A stretch of 64,000 bases of DNA from a virus (IMGVR_UViG_3300006056_000031:15911-79910); one strand, 5' to 3'; positions 9,963 through 19,504 are shown, counted from the stretch's first letter. Numbers and translations are program-made. Notes: a model not told the origin generated them from the sequence alone.

Positions 9963-10208
9963 ATGGATACATTCAAAATGCATCGCCACGGGAGCAACCC
10001 AAAAGAGAAGGAATTCTATGAAAAATTCCTTGCCAATAATGACAGGGACATGGATCTAATCATTTTTGGACATGGTGCAAATTCATTTAGACCTTTGGAC
10101 CATCTATCGGACAGGGAAAAACAAATTGTTCTTTCCACTGTACAGTGGTTAGGAAGTCCAGTTGGACAGGGATTTTTAAGAGAATGTGGGTTTGAAAAAA
10201 TTAAATAG
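9963..10208 (+). CDS. hypothetical protein
   Basis: ORF of 81 aa. Confidence 0.45.
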   Translation: MDTFKMHRHGSNPKEKEFYEKFLANNDRDMDLIIFGHGANSFRPLDHLSDREKQIVLSTVQWLGSPVGQGFLRECGFEKIK

Positions 10209-10217
10209 ATTTATACA

Positions 10218-10493
10218 ATGACAGAGGACAAGGACTTATTAATTTGTGACTGTAACAGCACAGAACACATGATGATGGTTTTCTATGCTGAAGACAAGAT
10301 GGATGATAGGGTTTACCCAACGGTTTATATTCATATCCATTTGTCCAAAAAATCATTTTGGAAGAGGGTTAAATACGCCATCAATTACATCTTTGGTAGA
10401 CAGTGTCGATATGGAGCATTTGAGGAGATGATTTTAAATCCTGATGACGCACCAAAATTTGAAAAGATTTCGGAATTTTTAAAGAAACAATAA
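10218..10493 (+). CDS. hypothetical protein
   Basis: ORF of 91 aa. Confidence 0.45.
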   Translation: MTEDKDLLICDCNSTEHMMMVFYAEDKMDDRVYPTVYIHIHLSKKSFWKRVKYAINYIFGRQCRYGAFEEMILNPDDAPKFEKISEFLKKQ

Positions 10494-10642
10494 TGGAAAA
10501 TAAAGAGAAGAAAAACCCATTGCTATTCCCATTTATAACGGCAGCGGTGTGCGCTGTTATGTACTGTGTGGCATTTCACTCGGAAAGAAACAAAGTTAAT
10601 GAGCTTGAGAAGAAATTAGAAATCTATAAAACCAAAAAATAA
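10493..10642 (+). CDS. small membrane protein (49 aa)
   Basis: TAATG overlap with the upstream ORF. Hydrophobic core (LLFPFITAAVCAVMYCVAF). Falls below the ORF-track length cutoff. Confidence 0.35.
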   Translation: MENKEKKNPLLFPFITAAVCAVMYCVAFHSERNKVNELEKKLEIYKTKK

Positions 10643-10643
10643 T

Positions 10644-10790
10644 ATGTGGTCAAGAATGCTAAGAGGTTTTGTTGGAATCCTGTTTATAGCGACACTCCCA
10701 GTTACCGCACCACTCTGTGTGTTGATATGGATAGCAACAGGTAGACAGTATTTGATTGTAATAGCGGATTGGGTAGTACTCGGTGAATAA
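10644..10790 (+). CDS. small membrane protein (48 aa)
   Basis: ATG one nt after the preceding stop. Two hydrophobic segments (GFVGILFIATLPV, LCVLIWIA). Below the ORF-track cutoff. Confidence 0.35.
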   Translation: MWSRMLRGFVGILFIATLPVTAPLCVLIWIATGRQYLIVIADWVVLGE

Positions 10791-11030
10791 TAATAAAAAG
10801 AAACCAACACATAGAAAGGCAAACAGGTAAGAAGTCAGGAGATGAACCTTTGATAAAAAAACATTATTTCTTGCAACATTGTCAAGAGGTGTTATGTTTG
10901 TTGAGTATGGTAATATCTACGAGGAACGAGATACGTGGAGAAATCCTCGATTATTGTTATTAGGTAGTAGAAAGATTTATCCCAATCTTGATGGATGTGT
11001 TGGTTTATAATAAAAATAAAAAAATAAAAA

Positions 11031-12122
11031 ATGGAAAGAAAACTTGCAAGTATTAGAAAGATTAGTGATCTTCAACCAATCGAAGGTGCGGACCTTATAG
11101 AATTGGCAATTGTGGATGGATGGAAAGTTGTAGTAGCCAAAGAAGTTGGCCATAAGATTGGAGACTTTGTGATCTATTGCGAGGTTGATTCATTCCTCCC
11201 AATCCGCGAGGAATTTGAATTTCTTAGAAAAAGTTCGTACAGAAAGATAATCGATCAGGAGGGATTCAGACTTAAAACCATAAAATTAAGAGGACAAATT
11301 TCTCAGGGACTTATCCTTCCGCTTTCCATATTGGAAGGTGAAGAAGAGGACGAAAAACTTGGTCATCTAGAAACTCCTGATGGACCAATTTATCAATTAG
11401 GACCATATGAGTGGGCTCTTGTTATAGAGGAAGGTGCAGATGTTACCAACATGCTTGGTATTGTTAAATGGGATCCACCTATGCCTGCATGTCTGTCTGG
11501 TATAGCAAAGGGTAACTTTCCAAGCTGGGGGAGAAAAACTGACCAGGAGAGAGCACAGAATCTTGTTTCAGAGATTGGTTTGGAGCTATCAAATGATTCG
11601 AAATTTGAAATATCTATAAAATTGGATGGTACATCGATGTCAGTAGGAAAGAATGGTAGCGATATAGTAGTTTGTTCAAGAAATTTGATTCTTAATACTG
11701 AGCAGGAAGGAAATACTTTAATTGATGTTGCTAAATCTCTAGGATTGTTGGATAGAATTAGTGAATTTGGTGATATAATGATATCTGGGGAATTGTGTGG
11801 TCCTGGAATACAAGGGAATCGTGAAAAACTTGGTAAACATAAATTTTTTGTATTTGATATATTCGACGTTAGAAGTGGGGAATATATCAGTCCTGAAGAA
11901 AGAATAAAGATTGTAGAATCTTTGGGTTTAGATCATGTTCCAATTATTCATAAATCGGTAAAGCTTAATGAGATTGGATTAAATTCACTTGATGATATAT
12001 TAGCTTATGCAAACGGAGAATCCTTAAATTCGAAGATTAGAGAGGGACTAGTTTTTAAGAAGGTTGATGGATCTTTTAGCTTCAAGGCAATAAGTAACGA
12101 ATTTCTTCTTAAATTTGAGTGA
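11031..12122 (+). CDS. ATP-dependent RNA ligase (Rnl2/Rnl5-like nucleotidyltransferase) with N-terminal Myf/EMAP-like tRNA-binding OB domain
   Basis: Motif I KxDG (SIKLDGTSMSV). FVFDIFDV, ISGELCGPG and the motif-V-like EGLVFKKVDG are ordered as in the covalent nucleotidyltransferase ligases. The N-terminus (IRKISDLQPIEGADLIELAIVDGWKVVVAKEVGHKIGDFVIYCEVDSFLP) matches the tRNA-binding Myf-domain pattern. Confidence 0.7.
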   Translation: MERKLASIRKISDLQPIEGADLIELAIVDGWKVVVAKEVGHKIGDFVIYCEVDSFLPIREEFEFLRKSSYRKIIDQEGFRLKTIKLRGQISQGLILPLSILEGEEEDEKLGHLETPDGPIYQLGPYEWALVIEEGADVTNMLGIVKWDPPMPACLSGIAKGNFPSWGRKTDQERAQNLVSEIGLELSNDSKFEISIKLDGTSMSVGKNGSDIVVCSRNLILNTEQEGNTLIDVAKSLGLLDRISEFGDIMISGELCGPGIQGNREKLGKHKFFVFDIFDVRSGEYISPEERIKIVESLGLDHVPIIHKSVKLNEIGLNSLDDILAYANGESLNSKIREGLVFKKVDGSFSFKAISNEFLLKFE

Positions 12123-12159
12123 TCTGATTGGTGTCGATATATAAGTAAAAATAATATTT

Positions 12160-12966
12160 ATGAATAATGATTTTTATGTTTATGTTTATATTGACCCAAG
12201 AAATAATGAACCATTTTATGTAGGTAAAGGTAAAGGAAGAAGATATAAACATCATCTGAATTCTGCAAAATCTGATCTCCATTACAAGGAATCAAATAGA
12301 ATTAAAATTAATAAAATTAGGAAAATATTAGAGTCCGGAATGGAACCAATTATAGAGATATTTAGCGATCTTAGCGAGAATGATTCATTCATTATGGAGA
12401 TGAATCTGATATCCAAATATGGTAGGATGGATCTAGGAACAGGAACATTGACAAATCTATCCGAAGGTGGTGAAGGGCAATCAGGATGGATTCCTGGTGA
12501 TGACTATCGAAAAAGAATGTCAGATTCGACAAGGGGTGAAAAAAATGGAATGTTTGGAAAGAATCAAAGTAATGAGACCAGGGAAAAAATAAAAAATAAA
12601 GCATTGGGTAGGAAGCTATCCGAATCAACAAGAAAAAAAATGTCAGAGCAAAGAATTGGTGAGATGAATGGATTCTTTGGTAAAAAACACACGAATGAAT
12701 CTTTAAAAATAATATCCATCAATAGGAAGGGTAAATGTAAAGGATCCGATAATAGTAGTTCTAAAAAATTTCTATTTATTTCTCCGGAAGGATCAAATTA
12801 TATTATAAACGGTGGATTTGAAAATTTCTGCAATAATAATCAATTATCGCACGGAAGAATGAAAAGATTTATAAATTCTGGAAAAATACCAGAATGTAAC
12901 AAATCTCATAATATGACAACACAATTAACTATTAACTGCTTTGGGTGGGAAGTCAAAATAATATAA
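12160..12966 (+). CDS. GIY-YIG homing endonuclease with NUMOD3-like repeats
   Basis: N-terminal YVYVYIDPRNNEPFYVGKGKGRRYKHH...E (GIY-YIG). Three G(E/M)xNxxFGKxxxxET/SR DNA-binding repeats, as in I-TevI-type enzymes. Confidence 0.8.
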   Translation: MNNDFYVYVYIDPRNNEPFYVGKGKGRRYKHHLNSAKSDLHYKESNRIKINKIRKILESGMEPIIEIFSDLSENDSFIMEMNLISKYGRMDLGTGTLTNLSEGGEGQSGWIPGDDYRKRMSDSTRGEKNGMFGKNQSNETREKIKNKALGRKLSESTRKKMSEQRIGEMNGFFGKKHTNESLKIISINRKGKCKGSDNSSSKKFLFISPEGSNYIINGGFENFCNNNQLSHGRMKRFINSGKIPECNKSHNMTTQLTINCFGWEVKII

Positions 12967-12967
12967 T

Positions 12968-13381
12968 ATGATATGCAATAACATTTTACCAGTATCACCA
13001 TATAGAGAAAGGGATGAAATCCAGCTGATGATCTTTCAGGGGAGAAAGGCTATTTTCAAATGTGATTATTGTGAAAAATGCCAAAGTACAGAAATATCAC
13101 AAATACGATTTAGAGGAGACGATAACTTGGAGATCCATTATAGTAATTCTTATATGCCGATAACGGGAAAGATAGTTATGAGATGCCCGGATCATCGCGT
13201 AAGTGACGATACCATCGAAGTTGAAACAATATACCATCCAAATCCAATAGAAATGACATACGGATGGGAAAGGAGAATGATACAAGGACCACCAATAGCT
13301 GAAAATGTGATATCACATGCATATGGAAGGGATAGAATTATATTTGATGAGAATGATTTTTTATGGATAACAATCAAATAA
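12968..13381 (+). CDS. hypothetical Cys-rich protein (putative zinc ribbon)
   Basis: 137 aa with CDYCEKCQ ... RCPDHR. Confidence 0.45.
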   Translation: MICNNILPVSPYRERDEIQLMIFQGRKAIFKCDYCEKCQSTEISQIRFRGDDNLEIHYSNSYMPITGKIVMRCPDHRVSDDTIEVETIYHPNPIEMTYGWERRMIQGPPIAENVISHAYGRDRIIFDENDFLWITIK

Positions 13382-13563
13382 TATTAGGAAAAATGGCTGC
13401 ACTGAAAGATTATGGTGATTATATTGGATCATCTCTAAATGACACCAATAATACCATTTTCGAGCTTGAGAAAAGAGTCTCAGAATTGGAAGCAATTCTC
13501 CTTATGGTAAAGGATATAGATTGGAAAACAATTAGATTTAAGGAGAGAGCCGAAACTTTTTAA
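13363..13563 (+). CDS. hypothetical protein
   Basis: ORF of 66 aa overlapping the upstream ORF. Confidence 0.4.
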   Translation: MDNNQIILGKMAALKDYGDYIGSSLNDTNNTIFELEKRVSELEAILLMVKDIDWKTIRFKERAETF

Positions 13564-13631
13564 TCGATAGATTGTATAATATAACATACGGGGAAATCCG
13601 AAAACCGTCAATAGAGTAGGAAAATCAAAAT

Positions 13632-14135
13632 TTGAAAAAAATGAAAAAAATTTTATTTATCGCAATTGCTTTAATCGCAATACAAACGAGCTTTGCTCAA
13701 GACCAAGAATCTACACCTGGTTTCTCTAAAGGGGACACCTTCGTAACAGGATCTTTTAACTATTCTGATGCAACAAAAGATTTTAATTTAAGCGCATCCG
13801 CCAATACTTTTATAACGAAAAGTATCTCTGTTGGTGCTGGTTATACAAGAACCCAGTTAGGCGACATTAAAACAAACGACGTAACAGTAAATGTTAGAAA
13901 CTATTACAGCGCAGCAAAACAATTTTCGGTTTTTGGAGAACTAAGAGGTGCTAAAAATCTTGACGGCAATGCTAATGTTAACATCGCGATTAACCCTGGA
14001 TTAAATTATTTTGTATCTAAAAACTTCTCGGTTGAAACAACATTGGGATTACTTAGTTACGACACCGATGGTGGAAACTATGAATTCGGAACAGACTTTA
14101 GAAATATCCAATTAGGATTGAATTACCGATTCTAA
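13632..14135 (+). CDS. outer-membrane beta-barrel protein (OmpA/OmpW-like porin fold) with signal peptide
   Basis: N-terminal signal MKKILFIAIALIAIQTSFAQ. Alternating hydrophobic pattern and a C-terminal ...LGLNYRF ending in Phe, typical of Bacteroidota OM beta-barrels. Followed by a strong terminator. Confidence 0.6.
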   Translation: MKKMKKILFIAIALIAIQTSFAQDQESTPGFSKGDTFVTGSFNYSDATKDFNLSASANTFITKSISVGAGYTRTQLGDIKTNDVTVNVRNYYSAAKQFSVFGELRGAKNLDGNANVNIAINPGLNYFVSKNFSVETTLGLLSYDTDGGNYEFGTDFRNIQLGLNYRF

Positions 14136-14156
14136 TTAAAAAATATCTCTGCTAAA

Positions 14157-14186
14157 AAGGTCCAGTGCTCTGGACCTTTTTTTTGT
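14157..14186 (+). terminator. rho-independent terminator after the OMP gene
   Basis: GGTCCAG-tgct-CTGGACC followed by TTTTTTTT. Confidence 0.7.
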
Positions 14187-14216
14187 TTGAATATATAGTG
14201 TAAAGTATTACTTAAA

Positions 14217-14957
14217 ATGAAATATATCAGGCTATTTGAGAATTATAATAAACCAAATCCGACTGAGGATGATGTATACAATGACGCTGATGAATATTTT
14301 CTTTCTTTGAACCCAGATCTGATGAAAATTACCGGTTATAACACATATGCACATCACGTTTCGGCAAGGAAAGATAAGGATTTCAAATCAACTCATGCTA
14401 TACAAATTTCTAGAGCTTTTGAAAAAAGCTCGGATGAAGTTTATAGGGGTTTACAAACATTTTTTATAAAAAGAGGTTATGATATTCAAACATACTCTCC
14501 AATATTAGATGGCAACGAAAGAAAAGCAGCGGAGCTTATTGCTAGAATAAACTTATCTAAAAATATAAACAAGAATGGTGAATTAGGTAGGGCAATATGG
14601 ATAAAATGCTCATCCGGAAAAACTATATGTTTCTATTTTTCACCGGGTACCGATACTAACTGGTGGCCGGAAGGATTAACAATATGCAGATTTGATGACG
14701 GAAAAATGGTTTCTGTGTATTGGACACAGCCTGACAGGAATGGAAATTTTCAATTAGCTTTTTGGAACGAGTCAGGAATAATAGATGGGGAATTTAAAAT
14801 AAAGTACGAGTATGATTATGATGAAATGGAGAGCTCGTATGATAAGTACAGTGCCTCATGTGATTCAGCATCCGATTCGTCGGGTTATACAGTAACTGTA
14901 AAAATACCACATGGTGAAAGTGATCCTGAGGATGTTATTAGCATCAGAAGAAAATAA
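14217..14957 (+). CDS. hypothetical protein
   Basis: ORF of 246 aa. Confidence 0.5.
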   Translation: MKYIRLFENYNKPNPTEDDVYNDADEYFLSLNPDLMKITGYNTYAHHVSARKDKDFKSTHAIQISRAFEKSSDEVYRGLQTFFIKRGYDIQTYSPILDGNERKAAELIARINLSKNINKNGELGRAIWIKCSSGKTICFYFSPGTDTNWWPEGLTICRFDDGKMVSVYWTQPDRNGNFQLAFWNESGIIDGEFKIKYEYDYDEMESSYDKYSASCDSASDSSGYTVTVKIPHGESDPEDVISIRRK

Positions 14958-14963
14958 AAAAGA

Positions 14964-15374
14964 ATGAATAAAAAACAAGAAGTTAGCGACCTGGAGGTTG
15001 CAAGAAAGATGATAAAAATACATCAAAGTGCTGCAGATAGAAAGTTAGATTTTGATTTAAGTTTAGAGACAGTTAGAAAGCTATTAACATATAAAACATG
15101 CTATTATACTGGGAAGGAATTTGAAGAGGATGGAGCTTTTTCGAGAAGCTTTGATAGAGTGGATTCATCAAAAGGTTACATAGAGGGAAATGTGGTTTCG
15201 TGCACTGTTGATATAAACGGTAAGAAAAGCAATCTAACATTCGATGAAATATCGGCTTTATATCACAAATTAAAGCCTCTAAATGATGAAAAATCAGGGG
15301 TTGAGATTGAGGTGAAGGTAAGGAAACCAAAGCCTGTAAGAAAGAAAAAAATCAAGGTTGAAAATGCCGACTAA
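14964..15374 (+). CDS. hypothetical protein (weak HNH-like core?)
   Basis: 136 aa. SFDRVDSSKGYIEGNVVSCTVDINGKK loosely resembles an HNH beta-beta-alpha core, but the catalytic His is absent. Confidence 0.4.
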   Translation: MNKKQEVSDLEVARKMIKIHQSAADRKLDFDLSLETVRKLLTYKTCYYTGKEFEEDGAFSRSFDRVDSSKGYIEGNVVSCTVDINGKKSNLTFDEISALYHKLKPLNDEKSGVEIEVKVRKPKPVRKKKIKVENAD

Positions 15375-16194
15375 AAAATTTAATGATTGGAAAGCAAACG
15401 AGTCCATAGAATGGGACTCGAAGGATGGGATTGAGGGAATTCTTAGCGATCTCCCAATGATTAAAAAATGGGACGACCACAGAGCAAAGAGTCTAAATTT
15501 TAATGGAGGTAGATACTCAATAAGTATTCTGAAGGGCTTTAAAAGCGTTGGGAATCACAAGAGCATGAGAATGAATCTCAATCTGCCAAGAGTTTTCATC
15601 GCAAAAGTTAGAGATCTGGAGAAATTTTCACATTGTCATATAACACCAGATGTTGTTGGTGACAGATTTAGCATAACCCTAATATGTGATGAAAGTTTAA
15701 AGCCGTATAGTAGCGACTCCGACGTTAAACGTAGATTTAGCGATGATGGTGAGATGAATCTGGAGGTTAGATTTAATAGCGACAGCTCGGGAGAATTTGT
15801 AAAGATATTTCAGGAGTCAGTGAATTTTATAATTGATGATATTAGGGATTCCAATTATATTTTCAATTCTGATATAAGAAGGTTTCCGAAGCTTAATGCC
15901 ATAATGAAACAGCAAATCGATGAAACATACCAAAGCATGATTGATGATCTAAGTGATGGCGATATTGAAAAAATAGAAAAAGACTATATATTTGATGATC
16001 AGCTAATCCTTGCCATGATAGGTAGAGCGATGGAGGAAGATCCTTCGTTAGTTGACTCTGTAAATTCATTTCCTGACGAATTCAAAGATATATTCTTTAA
16101 GGAATTCGGAGGAAGGGATTACAAGGCTACTAAGGATCTAGCTAGAATTATAAAGGCAGCGAAAACTGTTAAAAATGCAATGAGATTCATATGA
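15358..16194 (+). CDS. hypothetical protein
   Basis: ORF of 278 aa. Confidence 0.5.
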   Translation: MKMPTKKFNDWKANESIEWDSKDGIEGILSDLPMIKKWDDHRAKSLNFNGGRYSISILKGFKSVGNHKSMRMNLNLPRVFIAKVRDLEKFSHCHITPDVVGDRFSITLICDESLKPYSSDSDVKRRFSDDGEMNLEVRFNSDSSGEFVKIFQESVNFIIDDIRDSNYIFNSDIRRFPKLNAIMKQQIDETYQSMIDDLSDGDIEKIEKDYIFDDQLILAMIGRAMEEDPSLVDSVNSFPDEFKDIFFKEFGGRDYKATKDLARIIKAAKTVKNAMRFI

Positions 16195-16577
16195 TGAAAA
16201 ATTTAAAAGTTTACGAAAAATGGGACGAAGGATCAGAAGAAAATCTGGATCTTCTGAGAGATTACATTGAAAATAAAAAATTTAGAGAGGATTTTGACAA
16301 GGCTTTCGAGGATAGACAGATGGAAGCTGATATTGTAAGAGAACCACTTTCAGATACAGAGTTTATCGTGGAATGCTGGCCAAAAACATTCGATGGGGCA
16401 GTTCCAAATAAGATAAGCTATTATATAGACGAAATAGCAAAAATATTTTCAGGTCTTTTTGGTGTCAAGAATGTAACATGGAGGTTTGAGGGTGGCAAGG
16501 GTGTATCAAGAATAATATTTGATCTGAACGAACCGATAAATAGAAATCTTCTCAAGTTTAAAAATATGATAATGTAA
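16191..16577 (+). CDS. hypothetical protein
   Basis: ORF of 128 aa with an ATGA overlap. Followed by a terminator. Confidence 0.5.
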   Translation: MMKNLKVYEKWDEGSEENLDLLRDYIENKKFREDFDKAFEDRQMEADIVREPLSDTEFIVECWPKTFDGAVPNKISYYIDEIAKIFSGLFGVKNVTWRFEGGKGVSRIIFDLNEPINRNLLKFKNMIM

Positions 16578-16597
16578 CATTTGTATGTTGCTATTTA

Positions 16598-16634
16598 AAA
16601 ATAACCTTAATTTTCATTAAGGTTATTTTTTTTT
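16598..16634 (+). terminator. rho-independent terminator
   Basis: AAATAACCTTAAT-tttc-ATTAAGGTTATTT followed by a T run. Confidence 0.65.
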
Positions 16635-16666
16635 GTTCGGGAATTTTTATTATATTTGCCTTATAA
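16633..16666 (+). promoter_or_regulatory. phage promoter (-7 box 16651-16659)
   Basis: ttgttcgggaatttttattatatttgccttataa. Confidence 0.55.
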
Positions 16667-16669
16667 TAA

Positions 16670-16894
16670 TTGCATATGGATCAGAAATATAAAGAATGGT
16701 TGGAGCTTAGAAAAAAATCAACCAACGAGGAAGGTGAACAACTTTGCTACTGCGGACACACAAAGAGATGTGACTGCGGGGATCCTGATTTACTAACATT
16801 TACAGAATCAGTTTCTAGAGGTGACATCGTACCTGACGATCCCAACAATGGATGGAGGACGGTACAACCATCAGGAAACTTTGTTTGGGAATAA
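16670..16894 (+). CDS. hypothetical small Cys-rich protein
   Basis: 74 aa with CYCGHTKRCDCG, downstream of promoter box 16651-16659. Confidence 0.4.
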   Translation: MHMDQKYKEWLELRKKSTNEEGEQLCYCGHTKRCDCGDPDLLTFTESVSRGDIVPDDPNNGWRTVQPSGNFVWE

Positions 16895-16913
16895 TAAACT
16901 AAAAATATAAAAA

Positions 16914-17267
16914 TTGAAAACTAAAGGACAAATTGAATTCTCAGAATTCTTAGAAATAGAAAATAGATTAGATATCCGCATAGGTCAAATCTTGACCGCT
17001 GAGCGTGTACCTAAGAGTGATAAACTTTTGAAGTTATCAGTTAAATTTGATATTGGGTTAGATGGGTTGCTAACGGTGGTTACGAATATTGGTGAAACCA
17101 GAACTCCAGAATCTTTAGTAGGTTTAACGATGCCATTTATCGTAAACCTTAAACCTTCAAAAATGATGGGTGTTACCAGTGAAGCTATGATTATAGTCGG
17201 TACTAGTCTTGAAGGTCAAATGCAAGTGGGATTAGACTACTTTGCTATCGGAACCAAAATACTTTAA
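16914..17267 (+). CDS. tRNA-binding domain protein (CsaA/EMAP/Myf fold)
   Basis: LDIRIGQILTAERVPKSDKLLKLSVKFDIG...LVGLTMPFIVNLKPSKMMGVTSEAMII matches the tRNA-binding OB domain consensus (I.G.I...E..P.SDKL..L.VD.G ... NLKP.K..G..S.GMi). Confidence 0.75.
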   Translation: MKTKGQIEFSEFLEIENRLDIRIGQILTAERVPKSDKLLKLSVKFDIGLDGLLTVVTNIGETRTPESLVGLTMPFIVNLKPSKMMGVTSEAMIIVGTSLEGQMQVGLDYFAIGTKIL

Positions 17268-17270
17268 ATT

Positions 17271-18014
17271 ATGCCAAAATTATATAAAGTTGGAGGCTGC
17301 GTTAGGGATGCTATCCTTGGTATTGATTCCAAGGATATAGACTTCACTTTCGTGCTAGATGATCTAAACCAAACTGTCGAGGAGGGATTCCAAAAAATGG
17401 ATGATTGGATGACTGAAAAAGGATTTGAGATATTTCTAAGAGTCCCAGAGATGTACACCATCCGTGCTAGATTTCATAAAGGAGATCCAAACGAGAAACT
17501 TGTTGCTGATTTTGTGATGGCAAGAAAGGAAATGGGATATAGCGACGATAGCAGAAGACCAGTGTTGAAACTAGGTACCTTGGCCGATGATCTTATTCGT
17601 AGAGATTTTACGATCAATGCAATGGCTGAGGACTCGGAAGGGAATCTAATTGATTTATTTGGTGGACAGGATGATCTGAGAATAGGAATACTAAGAACAC
17701 CTAAGCACCCGGATATAACATTCTACGAGGATCCACTACGATTACTTAGAGCACTTAGATTCACCATAACGAAGGATCTTGTTATGCATGATGACATCTG
17801 GGAAGCTATGAAGAACCCAGAATTACTCAAAAAACTAGAACTCACTGTTAGCGGGGAAAGAATTAGGGAGGAGATTTCTAAGATGATGAAACACGACACA
17901 GTTAGAGCAATCCTGCTAATAAAAGATTGCGATGAACACATGGGATTAGGGTACAAATTATTAAGAGTGCTATTTAAAAACGGTCTTTGGCTAAAACCAA
18001 CATTTGAGCAATGA
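17271..18014 (+). CDS. tRNA nucleotidyltransferase (CCA-adding enzyme) head/neck domain, lacking the HD domain
   Basis: LYKVGGCVRDAILGIDSKDIDF corresponds to the class-II CCA enzyme GGxVRD...D.D motif. RRDFTINAMAED...EDPLRLLRALRF matches the RRD.TINA and EDPLR..R..RF motifs. At 247 aa there is no room for a C-terminal HD domain. Confidence 0.8.
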   Translation: MPKLYKVGGCVRDAILGIDSKDIDFTFVLDDLNQTVEEGFQKMDDWMTEKGFEIFLRVPEMYTIRARFHKGDPNEKLVADFVMARKEMGYSDDSRRPVLKLGTLADDLIRRDFTINAMAEDSEGNLIDLFGGQDDLRIGILRTPKHPDITFYEDPLRLLRALRFTITKDLVMHDDIWEAMKNPELLKKLELTVSGERIREEISKMMKHDTVRAILLIKDCDEHMGLGYKLLRVLFKNGLWLKPTFEQ

Positions 18015-18283
18015 AAGGAAATCTTAAATTAGTAGATGGTGTTTGGATGATGTCATACGACAATCAAGAAATCCCTGTTGATTCGAGCAGCTTCATTAAA
18101 ATAAAATCAATGAATCACGACAACTCGCAGGAGTTTGAATTCGAAATAAGTCACCGCATGAGAGAATCATTCACAGAAATAGCGAATCGATGTATATCAT
18201 ACTGCGAAAGATCTGGCCCATGCGGATGTGACAGGTATTGGAAAAGCGAAGCAAATCACATAAAAACAGCAAAGCTACTATGA
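18011..18283 (+). CDS. hypothetical protein
   Basis: ORF of 90 aa with an ATGA overlap. Confidence 0.4.
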   Translation: MKGNLKLVDGVWMMSYDNQEIPVDSSSFIKIKSMNHDNSQEFEFEISHRMRESFTEIANRCISYCERSGPCGCDRYWKSEANHIKTAKLL

Positions 18284-19080
18284 GCGAGCCAATTAAAATT
18301 GTAACAGCCGGGCTATACGGTAAAAGTTCAAGCGATGATGCATTCAAAAAGATGCTGGAATCATGGAGTCCATTGGATTCATTGGGTGATGGAGAGCCGG
18401 AGGAGTTAACACAGGAGGAAATCAATGAGCGACAAGCCTATATTGAAGACACCAAGAATGGTTACTCTGAAGCTGCTATTCATAAAATTCTTAAAGATCT
18501 AAAAGTTGACGAACCGGTTCTCAACATATACAGATACGGAAGTCGAATCTACGGAACTGCTGATCAGAATTCGGATCACGATTACATTATAGTTACCAAG
18601 GGTGCTATGCTTAAGAGTGGTGCTTTTAAACAGAACGCCATCTCCAGTGAGAATCGTAACATCCAGGGGATTCTTTATTCAAGAAGTGGATTTACTGATG
18701 CTATCAACAACTATGACATCAGTGCTCTAGAATGTTTATCCCTACATCCCAACGATGTTCTTATGAGCACATGGCCATTCAAGGTTCAGAAGTGGGATAA
18801 TAAGGTGATGATCAAGAAGATCATATCTAAGGTTTCTGCATCATGGCACACTGCTGATATGCAGGCAAAGGATGGATTCAGAGATCGTGCTAAGAAAGGA
18901 ATTTTTCATGCACTTAGAATTCTACATTTCGCTTTGCAATTGAAGGTGAATCAAAGAATTGATGATTTCGGTTGTGTTAACTACATCTGGGAGGATTTTA
19001 AATTGATACCTGATGATGAATTTGACACCAGAGACTACATCAAGGAAAGAGATGAACTAATGGAACAATTGAGATCATGA
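18280..19080 (+). CDS. minimal nucleotidyltransferase (pol-beta superfamily) with possible C-terminal HEPN-like helical domain
   Basis: YRYGSRIYGTADQNSDHDYIIV gives the GS-x9-13-D-x-D NTase signature. The C-terminal RDRAKKGIFHALRIL fits an Rx4-6H HEPN-like pattern. Start moved to ATG 18280 (ATGA overlap). Confidence 0.55.
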   Translation: MSEPIKIVTAGLYGKSSSDDAFKKMLESWSPLDSLGDGEPEELTQEEINERQAYIEDTKNGYSEAAIHKILKDLKVDEPVLNIYRYGSRIYGTADQNSDHDYIIVTKGAMLKSGAFKQNAISSENRNIQGILYSRSGFTDAINNYDISALECLSLHPNDVLMSTWPFKVQKWDNKVMIKKIISKVSASWHTADMQAKDGFRDRAKKGIFHALRILHFALQLKVNQRIDDFGCVNYIWEDFKLIPDDEFDTRDYIKERDELMEQLRS

Positions 19081-19277
19081 ATCTAAAAGTTGGAGACAAG
19101 GTAATAAAAAATCCAGCCACGTGGATCGGTAGTGATTTTGATTCCTGGGGAGCAGGTGAGGGTGTGGGTGAGATTGTAGAGCCACCATTTGAACTCGATG
19201 AAACTGAAGTTGATGTGAGATGGCCGGAGGGAAGATGCTTCCAGAAAGCAAGTGAACTTATAAAGGTTGAGGAATGA
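19077..19277 (+). CDS. hypothetical protein
   Basis: ORF of 66 aa. Confidence 0.4.
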   Translation: MNLKVGDKVIKNPATWIGSDFDSWGAGEGVGEIVEPPFELDETEVDVRWPEGRCFQKASELIKVEE

Positions 19278-19504
19278 TAAGAATAGACGAGAAAAAGCTT
19301 GACAGATACTACCAGGAATACCTAAATGGTATTGCGGAGAATCCAGAGATTAGCCACAATTTGAAGGATCTAGCACCGGCAAATTGGTATAGCACCAATA
19401 TGGTTTCCTGCATATTTGCATCAATACTGGAAAGCAATTTCCACGATCTAGCAACATTAGATTTTGAAGTTAAATTTGAAACAATAAAAAATGAAAATAA
19501 CTGA
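19274..19504 (+). CDS. hypothetical protein
   Basis: ORF of 76 aa. Confidence 0.4.
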   Translation: MIRIDEKKLDRYYQEYLNGIAENPEISHNLKDLAPANWYSTNMVSCIFASILESNFHDLATLDFEVKFETIKNENN

